Below, one piece after another: positions 10,466-21,122 of a DNA stretch of 64,000 nucleotides. Under the pieces are notes generated by a model that saw nothing but the letters and a program-made list of their open reading frames with translations, ran no database searches and was not told the origin of the DNA. The stretch spans positions 378,477 through 442,476 of the forward strand of contig CAWBKP010000024.1 in assembly GCA_963789395.1 (NCBI GenBank). Direction: 5' to 3'. A program made the translations under genes and the position numbers. How positions within the stretch are numbered: position 1 is the first letter of the stretch; the number at the start of each line of letters is the position of its first letter. This DNA comes from an uncultured delta proteobacterium. Lineage in GTDB: Bacteria > Desulfobacterota > Desulfobacteria > Desulfobacterales > Desulfatirhabdiaceae.

Positions 10466-10511
10466 AGAATTTTGAATTTGTTTTGAATTTCGGATTTCGA
10501 TATTCGAATTT
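10466..10511 (+). repeat. Dispersed 7-bp-periodic repeat family A, copy 1
   Basis: AGAATTTTGAATTTGTTTTGAATTTCGGATTTCGATATTCGAATTT; 44/46 identical to 44918-44963. Confidence 0.85.
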
Positions 10512-10542
10512 TGACTGAAAGGACTTTCCGTTCAGGTACTAC

Positions 10543-11393
10543 TTAAAATATTCTGTTGGTCTCAAAAACCATGTCTTTGGCAACGGCAAAACAGCTGATC
10601 GAGCTGCCTTGTTCTCTGAGTCTTCGGTTGCAGTCGGCAACAATCTCATCCATTTGCGAATCGGTTCGTTCCTGATTGATATGAAAGAGCCCCAGTCGCT
10701 TGACACCTGCCTGAACCGCAAGCTTTAGTACATCGGTATAAACCGAATGTCCCCATTCGATGGTAGTCCGATACTCATCAGGCGTATATTCGGCATCATG
10801 AATCAAAAGGTCTGCGCCTTCACAAAAATCCCTGTAAGCTTCAAACGGCAACCCCTCGGGATGAATATACCCCAGTTCGTTATCGGTCAGAAAAACAAAT
10901 GTCTTGCCATTTTCAATAAATTTATATCCGCTGCCGCTGTTGGGGTGACACATCGGAATAGGAATCACGGAAACCGAATCGATTTCAAATCGAGAAGGGC
11001 AGGCTTTCTCATATTCAATTTTTGCCTTGACATCCGCATATCGTATCGGGAAATTGGGAGGCGTCATGACTTTTGAAAGCATGGTCTCCACAAATGTCTT
11101 CTGAAACGGGCAGCGGTGCATGAGCAGTTCCGCGTCTTCGCAGTACAGGGGTTTAAAAAAGGGAACCCCATCAGATGATCCCAGTGCGCATGGGTAAAAA
11201 TAAAATGGTATTTGCGGATATTTTCTTTCATCAGTTGGTTGCCCAGTCTGCGAATGCCTGTTCCGGCATCCACGATAATGATTTCGCCGCTCTCGGTTTG
11301 AATTTCCATACAGGTTGTATCGCCGCCGTATTTTAGATACTCTGCTCCGCAAACCGGGATAGAACCCCGTGATCCCCAGCATTTGATCCGCAT
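10543..11393 (-). CDS. MBL-fold metallo-hydrolase, phosphodiesterase-like (frameshifts near 11190)
   Basis: WGSRGSIP, YGGDTTC, DAGTGIR, THAHWDH, DLLIHDAEY and WGHS across ORFs 11064..11393 and 10543..11382. Confidence 0.88.
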
Positions 11394-11408
11394 ATCGCCA
11401 CTGATTCC

Positions 11409-12237
11409 TTATCTGCCCCGATATGTATACCAGATTCCGTCATGCACCCATTTATTTAAAATTTGACAGGCAGTTGCGTCAGTCTGTTTTCGATATCCGC
11501 AGCCTCACTGCGGAGCAGCCCGGATAAAATGAACATGTTTTTTTTCAGAAAACCATCCGAGCAAACAAGCCGTTTCATCACATCATAATGAATATTGGCG
11601 ATCAGGAGATCCGCCTGAATATCGATAAATTCGTCAGCGCTTCCCTGAACCGCCAGGACTGACTGCTGCAACCGGTTCAGCCGAATATTTCTTTCCGCGG
11701 TCTTTGCGGCAAGCAGGTTCATATCGACAGCCAAGGTAGCGGACATCCCAGCCGGGATGCAGCAACAGCCAGAATTCCGGTGCCCGTTCCAAGATCATGC
11801 GCCGAGCATACAGGCTGTAACTGAAAAGTCATCTCCAGGGCTTCAATGCTATCACGCGTTGTGGGGTGTGTGCCGGTTCCGAAAACCACTCCCGGATCAA
11901 GCGTGATTCGCAATTTGGATGGTGGTGCAATGGATGAATCCCAAGGCGGGGAAATAAAAAGACGATCCGTGCAAAATGGCGCAACCTTATCTCCCACCCA
12001 GTCATGGTAAGACATCTGATAGTGATCGATAAACCGCATATACGGGGAACCGCGGAGCAGATCCTGAACCTGATCCAGGGCGGTTCGGAAAAAAACAGAA
12101 ATGAAAATCCGTCTTCCTGCCAGTTGCCGATGAAATGTTTCAGCTCCGAGGGGTCTTCCTGCAGCGAGCCCTCGAGATAGTAGATGAAGAGCTCGCTGCA
12201 TGGCGGTGAATATTCAATTTCAGCGGTGAAGGGACAT
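11409..12237 (-). CDS. prmA: Ribosomal protein L11 methyltransferase PrmA-like (several frameshifts; start approximate)
   Basis: LDPGVVFGTGTHPTT, DLGTGTGILA, DLLIANI and ILSGLL across ORFs 11719..12201 and 11456..11746; manual reading ends ...DGIWYTYRGR*. Confidence 0.8.
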
Positions 12238-12247
12238 GAATCCGGCG

Positions 12248-12940
12248 TTATTTAGGGTCTTTGGTTTCTGCCTTGGGAAGCTGATCCATATACCATTCCA
12301 TGGGTTCCAGCAGGGTATATCCCGCAGCTTTCAGTTTCTTTTTGACATTGACTACATTATTGGTCAGCAGATACGGAAATACCGCGCGTTTGCCTTCTTC
12401 CCAGTACCTGGCAACCAGAACACTGCCGAAGGATACCTTTTCTTCGGTGATGATATCCACGATCTTTTTGAGTTGGCCGAGTTTTTCTTCAACCAAGATG
12501 CAGAGCAGCGTTCCGGGTGTCCCGATTCCCAGAACGTTGACAAATGCCCGTAACAAATCCCGTACCGAAATAATGCCCATCAGCTTGTCTTTTTTATCCA
12601 CCACCGGCAGTGCGCCGACAAGCGTCTTCTGGATCAGCAGCAGCGCATCCTGAATCGTATCCATTGGCGAAAGCGTAACCAGATTCTGCGACATGATTTC
12701 CTTGACTTTGATGGGCAGGGCGGCAGCCTTTTTCGTCCCGGTATCTTCTTTTTTATAAAAAGTTGAAGGAAGCGCACTGCGAAGGTCACGATCGGTTATC
12801 ATCCCGATCAGCAGACCGTCGGGTTCAACAACTGGTATGTGGCGAATCTGATACTGTTCCATTAACTCTTTTGCCTCGAGAATATCGGCATCTTTATTGA
12901 TGGTTACAACCTTCTGGGTCATTGATCTACTGACAAACAT
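12248..12940 (-). CDS. CBS-pair + ACT domain protein (AcuB-like)
   Basis: MFVSRSMT, IRHIPVV, GMITDRDLR, ALPVVD and GIISVRDLL, then an ACT-like C-terminus. Confidence 0.85.
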   Translation of the reverse strand: MFVSRSMTQKVVTINKDADILEAKELMEQYQIRHIPVVEPDGLLIGMITDRDLRSALPSTFYKKEDTGTKKAAALPIKVKEIMSQNLVTLSPMDTIQDALLLIQKTLVGALPVVDKKDKLMGIISVRDLLRAFVNVLGIGTPGTLLCILVEEKLGQLKKIVDIITEEKVSFGSVLVARYWEEGKRAVFPYLLTNNVVNVKKKLKAAGYTLLEPMEWYMDQLPKAETKDPK

Positions 12941-13055
12941 AATGGCCTCCACTATGTAAAAAACGATATATTTGACATCTGAATCTCAGCGCCGATGAAT
13001 GAAACAGCCTGAACCCGTTGAAAACGACATGAAAAAAACGATTCACGGGTGAGGA

Positions 13056-14007
13056 TTATCCTTTCAATAAAAGTTCGATATGGTTATTTACCAGTTCCGG
13101 AAGTCGCTTGAGAGAATACCCGCCTTCAAGGATGGAAATGATTCTACCGCCTGAATGTTTGTTGGCGGTTTCAACCAGCCTTTCCATGATATAGGTAAAT
13201 CCTTCCGATGAAAGACTGATGCCCGACATATCATCATCCGCATGGGCATCAAAGCCTGCGGAGATCAGGAGGACTTCCGGAGCAAACTCGTCAAAGAGCG
13301 GCATAAAATCATCATCTATGACCGATTTGTATTCCTCGTCACCCTGTCCCGGTAACACCGGATAGTTTCGGGTAAAGCCCGTTCCTTCGGCAGATCCTTT
13401 TTCAAAGGCCCGTCCGGTGCCCGGAAAGGCAAAAGAAGGATGCTCATGGACGGAGTAATAGAAAACAGAGGAGTCAGTTTCAAAAATATTCTGGGTCCCG
13501 TTTCCGTGATGGACATCGAAATCCATGATACCTACCCGTTTGATTCCCCACTGGCTCTGGATGTATCGGGCCGCAATCGGCAATATTGTTGAAATAGCAG
13601 AATCCCATTGCCCGGTCTATCTCTGCATGATGTCCAGGGGGTCTGACCGCACAGAAAGCATTATCCAGTTCGCCGTCCATAACCATCCTTGCAGCTTCCA
13701 GGATACCGCCGACCGCCAGTCTGGCGATGTCATACGTTTGATAACATAACTGATTGTCCTCACATTCAAAAGAACTCTTGCCGGAATGGCAGACGGATTG
13801 GAATCGTTCGATATAAGCCTTGTCGTGCACCGATTCTATCCATTTCATTTCCGCCTTGGTACCTTCTATCCGGACCAGTTTGGAAAGCAGACCGGATTTC
13901 TCTAATCCTCTATAAATAACGGAGAGGCGATCAGGAGCTTCTGGATGATAGGGCCCCGTGTCATGCAACAGGTACCTGTCGTCATATAAAAAGCCTGTCT
14001 TTTTCAT
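13056..14007 (-). CDS. Zn-dependent histone deacetylase family protein, AcuC/AphA-like (frameshift near 13580)
   Basis: HPEAPDRL, RPPGHHA, GFCYFNN, DFDVHHGNGTQ, SAGFDAH..D and LEGGY. Confidence 0.92.
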
Positions 14008-14033
14008 ATTAATCCCTATAAAGACCGAATTGG

Positions 14034-14176
14034 ATGATGGACTTGTAAAAAGCCTAAAATCTCCGCTTTATCTGAGCAAGCGGCAGGGAAAGTGAAACGA
14101 TCGTGCTTTATATCTGAATGAAAACCCGGTAATTCCTTTCTGGGGATACGCATTAGGCTTTTGACAAATGGATCAT
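14034..14176. mobile_element. MITE-like element with 24-bp imperfect terminal inverted repeats
   Basis: Left ATGATGGACTTGTAAAAAGCCTAA versus reverse complement of right end ATGATCCATTTGTCAAAAGCCTAA (20/24). Confidence 0.65.
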
Positions 14177-14922
14177 GTGATGATGGCGTCAAATATCCCA
14201 TAGGCGGCTTGAATTGCGGCATTGCCTGCTGGAATGGCTACAGTCGGTTGACCGTTCAAGTCGTACGAATAAATATCCGCGTTGTCCGGAATGGTTCCGG
14301 CAAGTTCAATTCCGGCGTCCTGAACAATCCGGGTAATTTCCGGCGAGAGCTCGTCCTTGACCTGATTGATGATCAGATAGCTTTTTGAAACGCCGATCCG
14401 AAGTTCTCTTGCCAGTTGATCAATGCGAATCGCGGAAAGAATGCTGCGCCGGGAAGTGTCCGATACCATCAGCAGCACGTCCACATTTCGTGTCGTCAGC
14501 CTGCTGATATGTTCCATGCCGGCTTCATTATCCATGACAATATACGGATAATTGTGAATGAGTTTGTCCAGGAAGGCGATTAACAGCGAGTTGGCTGCGC
14601 AATAGCATCCGGAGCCTTCCGGTTGCCCCATGACAATCAAATCGTAGCCTTTGGCCTCAACAACGGCCTGTTGCAGCTTCATGGACATGAACACATCTTT
14701 TGTCATGCCGCCGGGAACAACTCCTTTTTTCATTTCCTCCCGGGCATTGCTCAGGGTATCGCACAATTCAAGTCCCAGCACTTCGTTTAAATTGGCGTTG
14801 CTGTCGGCATCCACGGCCAGAACCGGTGATTTGCCCTTATCCACCAAATACTTGATGAGCATTCCTGCTATGGTTGTCTTTCCGGTTCCTCCCTTTCCGG
14901 CCAATGCGATAGAATACGGCAT
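14173..14922 (-). CDS. cooC: CooC/AcsF-type nickel-insertion ATPase
   Basis: GKGGTGKTT deviant Walker A, VDADSNANL, GCYC metal motif, DNEAGMEHISR. Confidence 0.85.
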   Translation of the reverse strand: MPYSIALAGKGGTGKTTIAGMLIKYLVDKGKSPVLAVDADSNANLNEVLGLELCDTLSNAREEMKKGVVPGGMTKDVFMSMKLQQAVVEAKGYDLIVMGQPEGSGCYCAANSLLIAFLDKLIHNYPYIVMDNEAGMEHISRLTTRNVDVLLMVSDTSRRSILSAIRIDQLARELRIGVSKSYLIINQVKDELSPEITRIVQDAGIELAGTIPDNADIYSYDLNGQPTVAIPAGNAAIQAAYGIFDAIIT

Positions 14923-15085
14923 GCGATAAAAATCCTTTCCGAATGAATGGTTGGGTGTAATGTGAATGACCATATCCCTTAAGGTACTTATCGCCAACAG
15001 TCAAGTAACTTTTTTTACACTCCCGTGTCAACAAACAGCGCTAAGTCACCGAATGCCAGTGGCAGGTCGTACTGAAGCAAATCCC

Positions 15086-15137
15086 TTGCAATGGCATTTT
15101 GTCTATGCTAAATCCTGAACGTTCACTCGGATTTAGC
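15086..15137 (+). promoter_or_regulatory. Candidate promoter with overlapping palindromic operator upstream of acyl-CoA dehydrogenase
   Basis: TTGCAA-N17-TAAATC with TG extension; GCTAAATCC/GGATTTAGC inverted repeat enclosing the palindrome TGAACGTTCA. Confidence 0.55.
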
Positions 15138-15255
15138 GAATGCTTATTTTAAAACAGATGTGAACATTACCGGCATTTTCATTGACGCCGTTATTTTTAA
15201 TCTTTGTTCAGGCGATTGCCAGGATTCATCAAACCGTAAGAAATGGAGGATAAAA

Positions 15256-16411
15256 ATGGATTTTGAACTTACCAAATCACAGATCGAAATTCAGAAAGCG
15301 GCCAGGAATTTTGCCAAAGGTGAATTTGACAAGGATCTTGCGCTTGAACTTGAGAAAAAACATGAATTTCCAACGAAAATATGGAAAAAAGCTGCTGAAC
15401 TTGGTTTTATCGGCATTCACTTTGATGAAAAATATTCCGGCCAGGGCCTTGGTGTCATAGAAAATATTATTGTTGCGGAAGAACTCTGCGCAAAAGATTC
15501 CACAATCGGAGCCGCCTTGATTCTTAGCAGGCTTTGCATCCGAATGCCTGCTGCGCTTTGCCAGTGAAGATCTCAAGCAAAAATTTCTGCCGCTTGTTGC
15601 CGAAGGCAAGACGCTTTCCGCAGGCGCATTCACGGAACCGGATCATGGTTCCGATATTACTTCCATGAACACCACTGCGGTTCGTGACGGCGACGAATGG
15701 GTCATTAACGGCACAAAAACCTTTATCACCAATGGTTGCCTGGCAGGGTTTTTTACGGTTCTGTGCCAGACCGATCCCGATGCCAAGCCGACTTATCGGG
15801 GAATCAGCATGATTCTGGTTGAAGCGGATCGAAAAGGCGTTACTGCGACGGACATTGGCGATAAAATGGGCATTCATATGATGTCCACGGCAGAAGTCAA
15901 TTTCAAGGACGTCCGGGTGCCGCTGAGCAATCTGGTTGGCGTTGAAGGCAAGGGATTCTATCAGGTTCTGGAGTTCTTCGACGAAAGCCGGATTCTGATT
16001 GCCGCTCAGGCCTTGGGAACGGCCCAGGGAGCCTTTGACAGAGCCCTTGCTTACGTGAAACAGCGCGAGCAATTCGGCAAAAAAATCGCCGATTTCCAGA
16101 TTACCCAGCATAAACTGGCTGACATGGCCACCAAAATCGAACTGGCCCGGCTGATCACCTACAAGGCTGCCTGGAATTACGACAAAGGCAACATCGATCC
16201 CAAACTGACATCAATGGCCAAGATGTATGCAGCCCGAACGGCGGTTGAAGTGGCGGACGAGGCAATTCAGCTGCTGGGCGGATATGGATACATGGCGGAA
16301 TACGAAGTCGAACGTTTTTATCGTGATGCCAAGATCACCGAACTCTATGAAGGCACCAAGGAGATTCAGAAAAATACCATTGCCAGTGCGGTACTGGGCA
16401 AATTCAAATAA
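15256..16411 (+). CDS. Acyl-CoA dehydrogenase (frameshift near 15530)
   Basis: MDFELT, FTEPDHGSD, INGTKTFITNG, REQFGKKI, IQLLGGYGY and YEGTKEIQ; GGAGG RBS. Confidence 0.93.
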
Positions 16412-16452
16412 GTACAGCCTATCGGCAAAGGTTACATGAACATCTTTGTGTA

Positions 16453-16488
16453 GCCCATTACCCATAGCCTCAATCCCCATAACCCATT
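16453..16488 (+). repeat. Degenerate 7-bp tandem repeat tract
   Basis: GCCCATT-ACCCATA-GCCTCAA-TCCCCAT-AACCCAT in the intergenic gap. Confidence 0.45.
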
Positions 16489-16506
16489 TCTAAAAGGAGA
16501 ACCGAT

Positions 16507-16803
16507 ATGATCGACTTCATTAAAAAAACCATGTTGACGGGTATTGGTCTGGCAATGAAAACCAAGGATGAACTGGAAGAATGGGTAAAGGAAATTGTAA
16601 AAAAAGGGGAAATGTCTGAAAATGAGGGCAAAAGTTTTTTGGACGATCTCAAGACTAAATCCAAGGAAGCGCAAAAAGATCTTGAGGAAAAGATTGAATC
16701 AAAATTCAAGGATCTGCTGAAAAAGGCGGATATTGCCACGCGCGACGAAGTCAATGAATTGAAAAATGAGATTGAAGAACTGAAAAAAACAATTTCAAAA
16801 TGA
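16507..16803 (+). CDS. Phasin-like coiled-coil protein (COG3937-like)
   Basis: LTGIGLA, KKGEMSENEGK and DIATRDEV pattern; AAGGAG RBS. Confidence 0.7.
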   Translation: MIDFIKKTMLTGIGLAMKTKDELEEWVKEIVKKGEMSENEGKSFLDDLKTKSKEAQKDLEEKIESKFKDLLKKADIATRDEVNELKNEIEELKKTISK

Positions 16804-16847
16804 TCCGCAAGTAACATTACCTGGTTTGTGACGGGAAAGGGCAGGGG

Positions 16848-18654
16848 ATGACCGATAAGTTCATCAGTATTCGTAATCTCAAGTTTCTGCTGTTTGAAGT
16901 GTTTGATGTGCTGTCGCTCTCCGAATACCCTTATTTTTCTCAGCACAATCAAAAGATGTACGATCTGGTGCTGAATGCGGCCATGAAATTATCCACTCGG
17001 CTGCTGCATCCGATCTTTGAGGAGATGGACCGGAACCCGCCTGAATTGGTTTCCGGGCAGGTGAAAGTCCATCCTGCGGTTGCCGGCATCATGAAAGAAT
17101 TCGGACAAGGCGGATGGATCGGCGCAACATTTCCGGCCGCATCCGGCGGTGAGCAATTACCCGGTATGATCGCCAGTGCCTGTTTCATGATGTTTTTCGC
17201 CGCCAACTATTCGGCCGGCGTCTATCCCGGGCTGACAACCGGTGCCGCCCGCCTGATCGACTCCTTTGGTAATGAGGCGCTAAAAAAAACCTTCCTGAAC
17301 AACATGCTTTCCGGGAAATGGCAGGGCACCATGGCGCTGACCGAACCCCAGGCCGGCAGCTCGCTCAGCGATATCGCCACCACTGCCTTTCCCACGGATA
17401 ATGGATATTACAAAATCCGCGGCCGCAAGACATTCATTTCCGCCGGCGATCACGACGGCGCTGAGAATATCGTTCATCTGATGCTGGCCCGGATCGATGG
17501 GGCGCCTGCCGGCGCCAGGGGCATATCCCTTTTTGTCGTTCCCAAAATGCGCCCGGATGCAAAAGGCAAACTGACTTCAAATGATATCACCGTTTCCCAG
17601 ATTTTCCACAAAATGGGGTATCGGGGCGCTCCGATCGCTGAACTGAGTATCGGCGATAAAGACGACTGCCGGGGATATCTTCTGGGCGAGCCGCACCGGG
17701 GGCTGGCCTATATGTTCCAGATGATGAACGAGGAGCGGATCGGTGTGGGGCTGGGAGCGGCAGCCATTGCCTCGGCCGCCTATCATGCGGCCCTGAATTA
17801 CTGCAAACACAGATCCCAGGGCCGAAAACTGACGGAGAAAGACCCTGCATCCCCCCAGATCCCCATTATCGAACATGCCGATGTCAAGCGGATGCTGCTG
17901 TTTCAGCGTGCCGTGGTGGAAGGCGCATTTTCTCTGCTGATGCAGTGCAGTCGATACGAAGATATGATCCGGGCGGCGTTGCCTCAGGAAAAGAATCGTT
18001 ACCGCCTCCTGCTGGAACTGCTCACCCCCGTTGCCAAGACCTATGCATCGGAGATGGGCATTCTGTCAACCAGCCAGAGCATTCAGTGTTTCGGCGGATA
18101 CGGATACTGCCAGGACTTTCCCGTGGAACAGCATTTTCGCGATATGCGCATTCACCCGATTCACGAGGGAACCACCGGCATTCAGGGCATGGATCTTCTG
18201 GGCAGAAAAGTCGTCATGGAAAACGGCAAGGCATTTGCCTTGTTCCTGGAAGAAGTTCATCGCGCCATGGATTCTGCCCGGAAATTTCCCGCACTGCATG
18301 TCCATGGCCGATCGGTTGGAAACGGCCGTAAAGAAGCTTCAGGACGTCACCATTTCAACTTATCGGCCACTGGCGCATAAAGGGCCGGAAATCTTTCTGG
18401 CCGATGCCACCCTCTATCTGGAATTTTTCGGGATCGTCACTGTCGCCTGGCAGTGGCTTCTTCAGGCCGTGTCAGTTAAAAAAGCGCAGGCAGGAGAACT
18501 TTCTGCCGCCGAATCTGATTTTTATCAGGGGAAATTCTTTACCGCCCGGTACTTTTTCGCCTACGAACTGCCGAAAATCAGTGGGATGGCTCAGCGCCTG
18601 TCAGACGGCGACCCATTGACCGTTGAAATGCAGCCGGAGTATTTTTCAGACTGA
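16848..18654 (+). CDS. Acyl-CoA dehydrogenase, ~600-aa type (frameshift near 18300)
   Basis: GTMALTEPQAGS, KTFISAGDHD, MFQMMNEERIGVG, GGYGYC and IHEGTTGIQ; C-terminal domain in ORF 18031..18654. Confidence 0.92.
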
Positions 18655-18735
18655 AACCTGTTGCATTTCTGCCCAGTGAAATCCGGACAACGCCTTTAAT
18701 CACATTCTCCACTATCCTTATAAATCCAAAAAATA

Positions 18736-18865
18736 AGCCTCTTGCAAAACCCCTTCAACTGCTTCCTCCGTCATACCGGTAAAAGCCGGTATCCAGTGAA
18801 TTTAAATGCTTCGTCACCCCGGTTTTCACCGGGGTGACGAACAGCGGTAATTATTGCAAGAGGCT
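18736..18865. mobile_element. 130-bp MITE/REP-doublet element, family B copy 1
   Basis: Perfect 12-bp TIR AGCCTCTTGCAA/TTGCAAGAGGCT; internal hairpins ATACCGG..CCGGTAT and TTCGTCACCCCGG..CCGGGGTGACGAA; inverted copy at 50265-50392. Confidence 0.8.
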
Positions 18866-19085
18866 CAGATGGTAATTTAATGATTCTATTGTCTGGAGTT
18901 CTCTGTATCATGCCTCTTGACTATGAAAGGAGTTCAATTTTCAGTCGCATCCGGAATGCATCCTTTCATTTCGTAATCATAGATGTTATTCCCGCCATAA
19001 ATATGATAAAAACATCACAATCCGGTAGTCTGATTCCGTTCGGTACAGGAAACGGAACGTGCTTTTGACCATATGAAGGGATAGA

Positions 19086-20108
19086 ATGCATTCAGCAAAA
19101 GAAAGCGAATTGATCGGCAGCGATGGCCGGCCACGTTTCGGCATTTTTGACGGACCCCTGACATCCTTCAATCTGGACGATTTCCGTCCTTACGGCACGA
19201 AAAATCGCGTTTTCTCCGCAAGGAAATGGATTTTACAGTACCGGATCAAGCGCTGGGAATATCTCGGCATCTGCAACAACGACATTATCTTCGGCGTGGC
19301 TGTCGTTCACCTTGGCTATATGTGCAACCTGTTTGCATACCTATTTGACCGCCGGAGTGCCCGGCTCAGCGAATATGATATTCTCGTGCCTGGTGGATGC
19401 GCCGCAATTTTCGAAGGATCGTCCCTGACAGGGGCCGTCACGTTCAAAAGCGGAAAAACAGAGGTCCGGATAACAAATGACCCTGCAACCGTAACTGTCG
19501 AGGGGTCCATCAAGGGAGAGCTCTCCGTCAGTCTTTTTTTTCAAAAATATGCGAAACCCCTGGTATGCCTGACCCGAACCGGCCTGAAAGGCTTTAATTA
19601 CACCCACAAGGAAGCCGGCATTCCGGTTCGGGGGAAGATTCGCCACAAGAGAATGTCATGGGATATTCACGAAGCGCAGTCCTTCGGTGTCCGGGACTAT
19701 ACGCTGGGCTATCTGGCACGTCATACGTTCTGGAACTGGGCCTCCGGAGGCGGTATTGACGGGGAAGGGAACCGCGTCGGTTTCAATCTGGTTCAAGGGG
19801 TCAATGAAACTGGCTTTACGGAAAACGCTTTCTGGGTCAACGGACGGTTTTTCAAGACCGATGCCGTGGATTTCCAATATGACGATCTGGAGCTGATGCA
19901 GCCCTGGCGCATTGAATCGAACGACGGCAGGGTCCGGCTCCGGTTCCAGCCGGAGGGCAAACGATCGGCAAATGTGAATGGCGGTCTTATCGTCAGCAAG
20001 TTTCACCAGCCGTTTGGCCGGTTTGAAGGGACGTTGCGGGACGGGGATCTGCTCTGGGAACTGCAGGACGTCTCCGGCTTTGTGGAAGAGCACTACGCCA
20101 AGTGGTAA
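19086..20108 (+). CDS. DUF2804 family protein
   Basis: KRWEY, FNYTHK, WNWASGGG, GFNL..G.NE, ENAFWVNG, FHQPFGRFEG and GFVEEHYAKW. Confidence 0.8.
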   Translation: MHSAKESELIGSDGRPRFGIFDGPLTSFNLDDFRPYGTKNRVFSARKWILQYRIKRWEYLGICNNDIIFGVAVVHLGYMCNLFAYLFDRRSARLSEYDILVPGGCAAIFEGSSLTGAVTFKSGKTEVRITNDPATVTVEGSIKGELSVSLFFQKYAKPLVCLTRTGLKGFNYTHKEAGIPVRGKIRHKRMSWDIHEAQSFGVRDYTLGYLARHTFWNWASGGGIDGEGNRVGFNLVQGVNETGFTENAFWVNGRFFKTDAVDFQYDDLELMQPWRIESNDGRVRLRFQPEGKRSANVNGGLIVSKFHQPFGRFEGTLRDGDLLWELQDVSGFVEEHYAKW

Positions 20109-20142
20109 TACAGCGCGGTTGAGAAAGTGGCGGAGAACATAT

Positions 20143-21068
20143 CGATGAATCGCAGGGATATCGTGCTGGCGCTATTGGTGGTTACCATCTGGGGTGCTAC
20201 GTTTACGGTCATCAGGCTCGGACTTGATGGCGTGCCGCCGATGCTGCTGGTGGCGTTTCGTTTTGTTTTCGCCCTGCTGCCTGCTATATTCTTCGTGCGG
20301 CGTCCGGCAGTGAGTGCGGGGTATTGGATTGGTTACGGGCTCACGGTCGGAGTCGGCCAGTTTGGATGCGTGTTCTATGCAATGCACATGGGGATGCCTG
20401 CAGGCGTGACATCTGTGGTCATTCAGTCGCAGGCATTTTTTACCGCTGTCTTTGCGGCAATATTCCTGCGGGAATCGATAACACGCTCTCAGGTTGCAGG
20501 CCTATGCATTGCAGCTTCGGGTCTGTATCTCGTGGGGCAGGGCAACGTCGGTACAAGCCTTTTTGCAATCCCTCCGGTTGCCATATTGCTGACCCTTGCC
20601 AGCGCCGCATTCTGGGGCGGATCAAATATTGTTGTCCGGATGGCAACGGCTTCCGCAGCCTCTCAAGGCAACCGGCTTGATGTACTGAGCCTGGTTGTCT
20701 GGTCCAGTCTGGTACCGCCGGTTCCGCTTTTCCTGCTCGCACTCGTGCTGGATTCACCGGAAACCGTTTTTAAGGCGATTTCATCCTTGAACGGCATTTC
20801 GATTTTTTCGATCCTGTTTCTTGCCTTTGGGGCCACGTTGTTTGGTTTTGGCGCATGGAGCAAGTTGCTGTCACGGCACCCGGCAAATCGGGTAGCGCCC
20901 CTATCGCTGCTTGTCCCGGTTACAGGGCTTCTGACTGCCAGCCTTGTTCTTGGTGAACAGCTGTCGATACTCCAATGGAGCGGGTGTATCTCCGTGATTT
21001 TGGGATTACTCGTATCCACGTTCGGATTGCAGAGATTTCGACTATTGATGCCGGATGCGGAGAGATAG
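20143..21068 (+). CDS. EamA/DMT family exporter (O-acetylserine/cysteine exporter-like)
   Basis: About 10 TM segments; GMPAG..SVVIQSQAFFT and VAPLSLLVPV. Confidence 0.88.
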
Positions 21069-21122
21069 ACCATGGCCTGCAGTGAAATGAGTTAGTGATG
21101 AAATATGGGATGGAGCAGTTTT

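Noticed and set aside
15091..15108. Sigma-54 promoter at TGGCATTTTGTCTATGC
   Set aside because: GG-to-GC spacing is 2 bp too long for -24/-12.
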